Shown: positions 35,763 to 43,279 of the stretch, piece after piece
Layout of the letters: the number at the start of each line of letters is the position of its first letter
How positions within the stretch are numbered: position 1 is the stretch's first letter
Assembly (NCBI GenBank): GCA_014240165.1
Contig: JAAZXM010000009.1
Coordinates: 18,624 to 82,623, forward strand
DNA from: Myxococcales bacterium
Lineage (GTDB): Bacteria > Myxococcota_A > UBA9160 > UBA4427
Direction of reading: 5' to 3'
Length of the DNA stretch: 64,000 nucleotides
Position numbers and translations under genes: made by a program
Notes under the pieces: generated by a model
What the model was told of the DNA's origin: nothing
Databases searched by the model: none
What the model saw: only the letters and a program-made list of their open reading frames with translations

Positions 35763-35988
35763 TCTTTTCTTCCAGTGAGCGCAGCAGGTAGCCGATCAAC
35801 ATCAGGTTCGGGAGTTGCTCTCGGACGGAAGACGACATAACCGCACCCCGAGCGAACTTCGAACTGTACTCAAGAAAGAATTCAAGGACTTCCAAGCTGA
35901 CGTTGGCCGCCAAAACCTGATTCATTTGCTCCGTGTCGAGTTCGTCGAAAATCTCGGAAAACTCCCACGAAAGTTCCTCAAATGTCAT
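35743..35988 (-). CDS. Small acidic hypothetical protein (81 aa) of atypically low GC
   Basis: ATG 35988 is preceded by GGGGGG 7 nt upstream. Coding-like periodicity and an acidic helical sequence. Overlaps the ridA start by 20 nt. No family recognised. Confidence 0.4.
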   Translation of the reverse strand: MTFEELSWEFSEIFDELDTEQMNQVLAANVSLEVLEFFLEYSSKFARGAVMSSSVREQLPNLMLIGYLLRSLEEKIDVSPS

Positions 35989-36338
35989 TTGTCAGCCCCC
36001 CGCTCATGATTTCACCCTCTCGAATTCCCTGCGTGTCCTCTATGTCCACTGTGAACTTCTTGCTTTCGTTCGTAATGGCTCTTAAGAAGTTTTGATCCTG
36101 GCTTTTCGAAAGTCTTTCCAAACGGTTGAAGTCGCTCGTCGTATTCGTGGCTGGATTGAATTGTGTTGCTCTTTCGATTCAGTCGTTCGTGCGACGAATT
36201 TTGGTTCTATTTTCAAGAGATCATTTAGATATGGAGATTGTGAATCGCTTCGGGCAACAGGTACTGCTTGACTTGGACAACGCGAAATGGCCCAACTGCA
36301 CACTCTCTGTCGCGGCACTCTGTATCGATGGCTGGTCT

Positions 36339-36377
36339 GTCGATTGCTTTCGTCGATTGCTTTCGTCGATTGCTTTC
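36339..36377. repeat. Perfect 3 x 13-bp tandem repeat GTCGATTGCTTTC
   Basis: Read directly: 36339-36351, 36352-36364 and 36365-36377 are identical. Confidence 0.95.
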
Positions 36378-36485
36378 CTTGCCGAAATTAAGTTCGACGG
36401 TCCAACGATCAATGATGCCTGTTGCCAACCAGGGTTCGTATCTCTGGGTTCTCTTATGACCCCAACCCTTAAAAGCTCTCTAGGT

Positions 36486-36549
36486 CTCTTGACCTCTTGA
36501 CCTCTTGACTGATCTCTTGACCTCTTGAGCTCTTGGCTGATCTCTTGGC
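36486..36549. repeat. Seven copies of the 8-bp unit CTCTTGAC (variants ..GAG, ..GGC) organised as 28-bp higher-order units
   Basis: tCTCTTGAC CTCTTGAC CTCTTGAC tga / tCTCTTGAC CTCTTGAG CTCTTGGC tga / tCTCTTGGC. Each unit carries a TTGAC (-35-like) core. Confidence 0.95.
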
Positions 36550-36910
36550 GAACCTCTAACTTCTGTTTGTTTGGTTGACTCCTCTACTGTCAGGTTCGCA
36601 GGGTGTTTTATTTATGGTTCAACTCTGAGGAGGAATCACTTAATCATAGTGACCGAAAGCAACTTCAATGTCAACGTAACCATATGATGTGGGTGTAAGC
36701 TCTGTTGCGATTTAAGTGTATTTGATCGGTAAGAGTTGAGTGCGAGAACTTCACGAGCGCGTTTGACTCAAGTTGCTCAAATCCGAGAAGCAAATTTTTG
36801 CTGAGTGTTCATGGAAGCTTCCAGCTGAAGTTGCCCACCACTTGCCGGCAGGTTCAGGTCGAGTGCAACTCGATTCGTATTTCTTCAGGTTTTCTTGAGG
36901 CTGAAAAATG

Positions 36911-36987
<77 letters not shown>

Positions 36988-37141
36988 ACTGGCGGCGAAG
37001 TATGACGCCTTCTTGCCATCCCCTCAACCGAAAGCGAGCCGAGTTGGTTGTGGATTCATTTTTATCCAAGGGCAGATAGCGCCATAGCGGCTGAATTCGA
37101 CGTCTGGACTAGAATCCGCCTCGTCTCGTTGGAGGCGGGCA

Positions 37142-39508
37142 TTGACAGATTCCCTTGAAGCCGGAGTCACCCTGGGGATTGCGCTATTGGCGCTTTCCTC
37201 CCTTGTTCTGGCCTACAGACCGCGCTGGGTCGTCCTTCATCCTAAATGGGTGCTGGTCGCGCTGGCGTTGACCACGATTGGGTCCCTGAGCGCTCTCTTT
37301 GAGCCTGATCCTGTCGGGCTTCGTCTTCGAATCGACCCCTCCAGCGAGCCGCTTCTGGCTCGGGGCGACCCCGCCGCGGATCTGTATCGAGGAGCCGTTC
37401 GTGACTTCGGTCACGACGAAGTCTTCTCGGTCGCGTTGGTGTGCGAGGAAGTCTTTTCCGTTGACTGCCTCTCTACCCTCGACCGAATCTCGAGTCGTCT
37501 TGCGCGGCTGGATGGGGTTCGAAGTATTTCGAGCCTGGTGGACGCGACCTCTCTTCGTTGGGTCGAGGCCGATGATTGGATCGAGATCAGGCCCTTCATC
37601 AAAGAAGTTCCGCAAGATGAGCCCACCCTGGCTGAACTGCGCTCCAGGGCCCTGGCGGATGTTGTCTACAAGCACACGCTGGTCTCAGGCAACGCTGAGG
37701 CCGCAGCATTGAACGTTGCCTTTCAGAAAATGGACGATGCTCTTTTCTTGGCTTCCGGACTCGATGCCTCGATTACGGAAATAGTGCGAGAAGAAATATT
37801 GCCGGGTCAGGCCTTCCACGTGGCAGGCAGGCCCCATGTCAAGGTTCACGTTTATCGTGGGATCGTTCGTGACCTCTTGCTCTTGATTCCCCTGGCGATT
37901 TTGGTGATGAGCGCGGTCCTCTGGCTTTTCGTTCGCAATATTTGGGGTGTGCTCCTGCCATTGGGGACGGCGCTGACCGCGAATCTATGGACCTTCGGCG
38001 CGATGGCGGCTTCCGGGGAGCAGTTGACGCTTTTGACGGGCCTATTGGGACCCCTGCTTCTGGCCATGGGGAGCGTGTATGGGGTTCACGTGGTCACGCG
38101 CTATGAGGAGCAGGTCGCGTTTTCAGCCTCGTCAATCGAGGCGGCGACTCGCGCCCTTGAAGAAATCAGGTTGCCCGCGCTGATCGCGGGGCTGACCACA
38201 TTGATCGGGTTTGCTGCGCTTTTGATCACCGATGTCCCGGCGGTTTTTCAACTGGGTCTCTTCGCCATGCTGGGAATCGCCTCCAGCACATTCCTGGCCC
38301 TGGTTGGAATCCCCGCTGTTCTCGCCATGCTTCCGTTTCCGGGGCGCAGCGAAGGATCCGAAAACAACCCGCAAAGCGTCGATAGCGGTGCGTTGGATCG
38401 TCTTCTGGTCGCCCTGGCGGGAGGGGTGGCCCGTTTCTCGGGTCCCGCCATCGGTGCGTGGATTCTTCTCGGATTGGCGTCCCTGATTGCGCTTCCCCAT
38501 ACGGAAGTGGACACCGACTATCTCTCGTATTTCGCCGAAGACGATCCCCTTCGTCAGGATTTTGATGCCATCAACCGATTATTGGCCGGGGTTGTGCCGA
38601 TCTATGTCGTGATCGACGGTCAGGGCGGGGGCAGCTTTCGCGAGCCGGCATTGGCAAAGGCGGTCGCTGCGCTTGAGGAGCGCCTCGCCGCGCTGCCGGC
38701 GGTGAGCCGAACGCTCTCATCCAACGACATGCTGGGCCAGTTGAACAGGGCCTTTCAGGGGGATAATCCCAAAGAAGAGCGGGTGCCCGATACCCGGGCG
38801 GCCATCACGGAATTGCTCTTCATGCTTCCAAAGGACGATCTGAGCCCCTTTCTCACCGTCGATCATGGCCGTGCCAACGTCATCGCGCGAACGGGTGTCG
38901 TGGGGTCGTCGGCAGTGCTCGAACTCGAGCGTCAGATGCAAGAGGTTCTCGACGAAAGCCCGCTGCCCCAGGGCGCCCAGGCGCGGCTCACTGGGAACGC
39001 GATTCTGCTCGCGCATAGTGCCGATGCCATTACGCGTTCGCAGCCTCGGAGCGTCGGGATCGCTGCTTTGGCGATCTTCTTGCTGATCAGCATTGCGCTG
39101 CGGTCACCGCGCATGGGTGCCGTTGCGATGATCCCAAACCTGGTCCCGGTATTGATCTTTTTCGGGCTCCTGGGGGCCGGGCTCGCCCCGCTGTCCTTGC
39201 CCGTCAGCCTGATCGGATGCATGGCCCTGGGCATTGCCATCGACGACAGCGTGCATTTCCTGGTTCGTTACCGGCGGGAGCGGCAGCGAGGGGCGCATCC
39301 CGTGGAGGCGGCGGAGCTCTGCAGTCGGCGGGTGGGGCGCCCCGTTGCGATCACCTCGGTGATGCTCTGCCTGGGCTTCCTCGTGGTGACGGGCTCCCGG
39401 TTCGCCACATTGCAGGAGTTCGGTCTGCTCTCGGCCCTGACCATGGGGGTTTGCCTGGCGACGGACTTGATCCTGCTTCCCGCGGTGCTGATCCGTCTGC
39501 GCGCGTGA
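37142..39508 (+). CDS. RND-superfamily / MMPL-type exporter (HpnN-like, two 6-TM bundles)
   Basis: 788 aa. Two periplasmic loops alternate with TM bundles carrying SSD-like segments (GIAIDDSVHFL). TTG start. Confidence 0.75.
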   Translation: MTDSLEAGVTLGIALLALSSLVLAYRPRWVVLHPKWVLVALALTTIGSLSALFEPDPVGLRLRIDPSSEPLLARGDPAADLYRGAVRDFGHDEVFSVALVCEEVFSVDCLSTLDRISSRLARLDGVRSISSLVDATSLRWVEADDWIEIRPFIKEVPQDEPTLAELRSRALADVVYKHTLVSGNAEAAALNVAFQKMDDALFLASGLDASITEIVREEILPGQAFHVAGRPHVKVHVYRGIVRDLLLLIPLAILVMSAVLWLFVRNIWGVLLPLGTALTANLWTFGAMAASGEQLTLLTGLLGPLLLAMGSVYGVHVVTRYEEQVAFSASSIEAATRALEEIRLPALIAGLTTLIGFAALLITDVPAVFQLGLFAMLGIASSTFLALVGIPAVLAMLPFPGRSEGSENNPQSVDSGALDRLLVALAGGVARFSGPAIGAWILLGLASLIALPHTEVDTDYLSYFAEDDPLRQDFDAINRLLAGVVPIYVVIDGQGGGSFREPALAKAVAALEERLAALPAVSRTLSSNDMLGQLNRAFQGDNPKEERVPDTRAAITELLFMLPKDDLSPFLTVDHGRANVIARTGVVGSSAVLELERQMQEVLDESPLPQGAQARLTGNAILLAHSADAITRSQPRSVGIAALAIFLLISIALRSPRMGAVAMIPNLVPVLIFFGLLGAGLAPLSLPVSLIGCMALGIAIDDSVHFLVRYRRERQRGAHPVEAAELCSRRVGRPVAITSVMLCLGFLVVTGSRFATLQEFGLLSALTMGVCLATDLILLPAVLIRLRA

Positions 39509-39533
39509 CTGCCTGCTTCCGGCGGCGCGCGTT

Positions 39534-40199
39534 TCAGGCGGCTTCCGCGTTCTTGCGCAGGGTTTCGATGGCGGCCTTGTAGTCGTCGGTACCAAAGACG
39601 GCGGTCCCGGCGACGAAGACATTGGCCCCCGCCCCCGCTGCTTCTGCGATGGTGTCGGCCGTGATGCCTCCGTCCACCTCGATGTCGACCTGAAGTCCGT
39701 CCCGCTCAACCCAGCCCCGGATCTGCTCCACGGCGGGCAATGCGCTTCGGATGAACTTCTGACCCCCGAAGCCCGGGTTGACTGTCATGACGAGAACCTG
39801 GTCGACCTCGGAGAGGATGGGCTCCACAGCGTTGGCTGGGGTCGCGGGATTGATCACTACGCACGCCCGGGCCCCGGCTTCGCGAATCAACTGGACGCTG
39901 CGGTGCAGGTGGGGGCATGCCTCCACGTGCACACCCACGGTGTCGGCGCCCGCGGATACGAAATCCCCCACGTAGCGATCCGGGGCCTCGATCATCAGGT
40001 GGACATCCAGGGGGAGATCCGTGCAACGGCGAACCGCCTCCACCATGGCCGGGCCAATGGTGATATTCGGGACGAAGTGGCCGTCCATCACGTCCACGTG
40101 AATCCAGTCGGCGCCGGCGGCCTCTGCCGCGCGCACTTCTTCGCCGAGCCGGGCGAAATCCGCGGCGAGGATCGAGGGTGCGATTCGCAGGTCAGGCAT
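39534..40199 (-). CDS. rpe: Ribulose-phosphate 3-epimerase
   Basis: MPDLRIAPSILAADFARLGEE...IHVDVMDGHFVPNIT...MTVNPGFGGQKF. ATG 40199. Confidence 0.9.
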   Translation of the reverse strand: MPDLRIAPSILAADFARLGEEVRAAEAAGADWIHVDVMDGHFVPNITIGPAMVEAVRRCTDLPLDVHLMIEAPDRYVGDFVSAGADTVGVHVEACPHLHRSVQLIREAGARACVVINPATPANAVEPILSEVDQVLVMTVNPGFGGQKFIRSALPAVEQIRGWVERDGLQVDIEVDGGITADTIAEAAGAGANVFVAGTAVFGTDDYKAAIETLRKNAEAA

Positions 40200-41667
40200 C
40201 GCTTTTCGCTCTCTCCAATCGGACAGCGAAGAACCCGTCGCTGTCATGAATGTGGGGGTGGCAGCGCATGAATCCCTTCTCGTCGAGAACCGGCGCCAAC
40301 AAGAGGGGGAGCGAGCCGGGCTTGGCTGGCTCGAACTCGGGGTGGCTTTCCAGGAAACGGGTCACGACGTCCTCGTTCTCCTCCCTGAGAACAGTACAGG
40401 TACTGTAGACGAGGCTTCCGCCGGGCGACACGACCTCGGCAGCACGATCGAGCAATTGCGATTGGATCGCGCCCAGCTGCTCGGGATCAGTGGGGCGCAG
40501 GCGCCAACGTGCATCCGGGTTGCGCCGGAGCGCGCCCAGGCCCGAGCAGGGCGCATCCACCAGGACCCGATCGAAGCGGGCGCCACCGGGCGGCGGCGCC
40601 TGGCCGGCTTCGGGGGGCAAGTCGTCCAGGGGGAGGGTGGCGTCGCGAACCAGGGTGCTGATACCCCGCAGCCCCAAGCGCCGCGCCGCGCGCGCCACCA
40701 GGGCGAGTCGGCCGGCGTGCCGATCCAGGGCAAGCACGCTGCCGCCTTCGGACAGTTCCTCTGCGATGGCTGTGGTCTTGGTGCCGGGCGCCGCGCAGAC
40801 GTCGAGGACCCGATGTCCGGGGGAGACATCGAGCAAGTCCACCACGGCCTGGGAGGCCTCGTCCTGAACTGTGTAGCGACCTTCCCGAAAGCGCGGGTCT
40901 CGGCCTGCATCACCACTTCGACCCAGGACAATGCCCCGGGAACTCAGGGCACAGAGTCGGGCGTCGGGAAAATCTTCCAGCACCCTCGAAAGCAGTTCCT
41001 CTCGGGAGTTGAGTCGGGGGTTGGCACGAATCGTATGGGGCGGGGGGTGGTTCGAGACCTCGGCCAAGCGGGGCGCGGCCGAGCCATAATCCTGAAGCCA
41101 GCGCTCGGCGATCCATCGAGGCATGGAGAGCGCGTGTTCGAGGTGATCCAGGGGATCCTTCTCCGGGTCGGGGAAAACGATCTTGTCGCGTTCCCGGGCT
41201 ACGCGCCGAAGCGTTGCATTGACGAGCCCCGTTGCGCGTTCGGCTCCCAAGGCGCGGGTGCAGCGCACCGCTTCGTCTACCGCGGCGCCATCGGGGATCC
41301 GGTCGGAGAAGTAGATTTGGTAGGTGCCCATGCGCAGGGACGTGAGTACCAGGGGTTCGATGGACTCGAGTTCGCGATCCAGGGCGCCGCGCAGGACGAA
41401 ATCGATCCGTCCGCGCCAGCGCAGGGTTCCGTAGACGAGTTCGGTGGTCAGGCGGCGGTCGACGCTGGCCATGCTGCTTTGGGCCAGCGCATTGTGGAGC
41501 GCCACGTCCGCATAGGCGCGTACCCGCTCCACGCGCTCGAGAACCCGCGCCGCGGCGAGTCGCGCCACGGTGGGCCCGCTTCCGCGTCGGCGCACGCCGC
41601 CATCCCCCACCCCGTCCTGGCTACTCCGGGGTCGCCCTCCGCCGGGAGGAAGTCTGCGCTCGTTCAT
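40192..41667 (-). CDS. rsmB: 16S rRNA (cytosine967-C5)-methyltransferase RsmB
   Basis: NusB-like N-terminal domain plus a SAM methyltransferase domain (VLDVCAAPGTKT, DRVLVDAPCSGLG, LVYSTCT). 8-nt overlap with rpe and ATGA overlap with fmt. Confidence 0.9.
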   Translation of the reverse strand: MNERRLPPGGGRPRSSQDGVGDGGVRRRGSGPTVARLAAARVLERVERVRAYADVALHNALAQSSMASVDRRLTTELVYGTLRWRGRIDFVLRGALDRELESIEPLVLTSLRMGTYQIYFSDRIPDGAAVDEAVRCTRALGAERATGLVNATLRRVARERDKIVFPDPEKDPLDHLEHALSMPRWIAERWLQDYGSAAPRLAEVSNHPPPHTIRANPRLNSREELLSRVLEDFPDARLCALSSRGIVLGRSGDAGRDPRFREGRYTVQDEASQAVVDLLDVSPGHRVLDVCAAPGTKTTAIAEELSEGGSVLALDRHAGRLALVARAARRLGLRGISTLVRDATLPLDDLPPEAGQAPPPGGARFDRVLVDAPCSGLGALRRNPDARWRLRPTDPEQLGAIQSQLLDRAAEVVSPGGSLVYSTCTVLREENEDVVTRFLESHPEFEPAKPGSLPLLLAPVLDEKGFMRCHPHIHDSDGFFAVRLERAKSDA

Positions 41668-42668
41668 GCTCCGCCTTTCTGCGCGTCCGATCCCGCGAGC
41701 AGGCTTGTCTCGGGAAGCGGGCAGCCACGAAGGAAGGCGGCCGGGTCCATGGCTTTGCCTCCCGGGCGCTGGACTTCCAAGGGGACGAGCCAGCCGTCCG
41801 CGGTGCCGATTCGAAGGGCTGGGGCTTCGGGTTGGTCCGCCAGCCGGATCTGACCGGGCTGCGGCGCTTCGTGCGAACTCCCCGCGTAGGGACGAGCACG
41901 CAAAATACGCAGCCCCGCCCCGTCATGGTCTTCGTCCGGAAGCCGCGTAAAGGCTCCAGGACGCGGAGCCATGGCATGGATTCGCCGCACGCAGGTGGCG
42001 GTGTCCCGGGTCCAGTCGATTCGGCCATCGCCCCGAGCGATCTTGGGCGCCAGGCTGGCCAGGGCCGGGTCCTGCTCGGTCCAGGTTGCGTGGCCCTCGG
42101 CAATCGCGTCCAGGGCCTCGAGTAGGGTCGCGCCCGCCAGGGTGGCGAGCCGGTCCGTCAACTCGCCGGTGGTTTCCTCTTCGCCGATCTCGATGGATCG
42201 AGTCAGGGCGACGGGGCCCGAATCCATTTCCCGTTCGACGCGCATGATCGACACGCCGGTTTTCTGCTCGCCGTCGAGAATGGCCTGGGCCACCGGGGAA
42301 GCGCCGCGGTATTTGGGGAGCAGGCTGGCGTGGGCGTTGATGAGATAGCCGAGGCGCGGCAGGCTGCGGACCGACTTGGGGATGAACTGCCCGAAAGCCA
42401 CGACCACGCCCAAATCGGGTTCGGCTCTTTTCAGCGCCTCGAGACTATCGGCATCCCCGATGACCTCGGGGCGGAGCAGGGGCAGGTTCTCGGCCAGGGC
42501 GCGCTCGCCCACGGGTGAAGCTGAGCGCTTGCGCCCGCGTCCCCGACCCCGGTCGGGTTGGGTCACCACCGCCACCACGCTGTGGCGGCTCTCGAGCAGA
42601 CCTTCGAGGCTGGGAAGCGCCAACCCGGGTGTGCCGAAGAAGGCGATCCGGAGTGCGGTGGCGGCCAG
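41664..42668 (-). CDS. fmt: Methionyl-tRNA formyltransferase, probable CTG start
   Basis: ALRIAFFGTPGLALPSLEGLL...HASLLPKYRGASP. The only in-frame start candidates after the def stop are CTG 42668 (GAGGAG 8 nt upstream) and ATT 42674. The 475-aa ORF would overlap all of def. Confidence 0.85.
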   Translation of the reverse strand: MAATALRIAFFGTPGLALPSLEGLLESRHSVVAVVTQPDRGRGRGRKRSASPVGERALAENLPLLRPEVIGDADSLEALKRAEPDLGVVVAFGQFIPKSVRSLPRLGYLINAHASLLPKYRGASPVAQAILDGEQKTGVSIMRVEREMDSGPVALTRSIEIGEEETTGELTDRLATLAGATLLEALDAIAEGHATWTEQDPALASLAPKIARGDGRIDWTRDTATCVRRIHAMAPRPGAFTRLPDEDHDGAGLRILRARPYAGSSHEAPQPGQIRLADQPEAPALRIGTADGWLVPLEVQRPGGKAMDPAAFLRGCPLPETSLLAGSDAQKGGA

Positions 42669-42673
42669 GGTAA

Positions 42674-43201
42674 TTACTCCTCGGCTTCTTCGGCGAGTTG
42701 CTTCTTGCGCTTCTTGACATAGAGGCTGCGCTTGAGTCGACTGATGCGGTCGATGAAGAGAATCCCGTCGAGGTGGTCGTATTCGTGTTGGAGACACACA
42801 GCGCGCAGACCCTCGGCCTCTTCGATGATCTCCTTGCCGTCGAGGTCCATGGCCCGGATGGTGACCGCCGCCGCGCGTTCGACGTCGGCGGTGTAGTCGG
42901 GCACGGAGAGGCAGCCCTCCTCCCAGACGAGGCTGCCCTCTCGCCGGAGAAATTCGGGGTTGATCATGACCTGGGGCTCGCGGTCGTTTCCCTCTTCGCT
43001 CCACTCGGTGTCGATCACGAAGAGCCGCAGGGCATGGCCTACCTGGGGTGCCGCGAGCCCGATGCCGGGCTCGTCGTACATGACTTGGCACATTTCCTCG
43101 GCCAGGGCGCGGATCTCGTCGGTGATCTCAGCGACGGGCTCCGAGACCTTCTTGAGGCGCGGGTCCGGGAAGCGAACGATTTCGAGAGGGGATGTGGGCA
43201 A
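42674..43201 (-). CDS. def: Peptide deformylase
   Basis: GIGLAAPQVG, EGCLSVP and QHEYDHLDG motifs. Confidence 0.95.
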   Translation of the reverse strand: MPTSPLEIVRFPDPRLKKVSEPVAEITDEIRALAEEMCQVMYDEPGIGLAAPQVGHALRLFVIDTEWSEEGNDREPQVMINPEFLRREGSLVWEEGCLSVPDYTADVERAAAVTIRAMDLDGKEIIEEAEGLRAVCLQHEYDHLDGILFIDRISRLKRSLYVKKRKKQLAEEAEE

Positions 43202-43279
43202 CCGGGTCTTCCGTCTTTTCCCGCGGCGCTCGCCGGCTTGGGGACGCTCGTAAGTTCGCGTCCGAATTAGGGTTTCGCT

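Noticed and set aside
36126-36500. 124-aa ORF and four overlapping 63-78 aa ORFs inside the AT-rich island
   Set aside because: They overlap each other on both strands. One runs through the 13-bp non-triplet repeat. No RBS or recognisable motif was seen. They are treated as non-coding, though a small real gene cannot be excluded.
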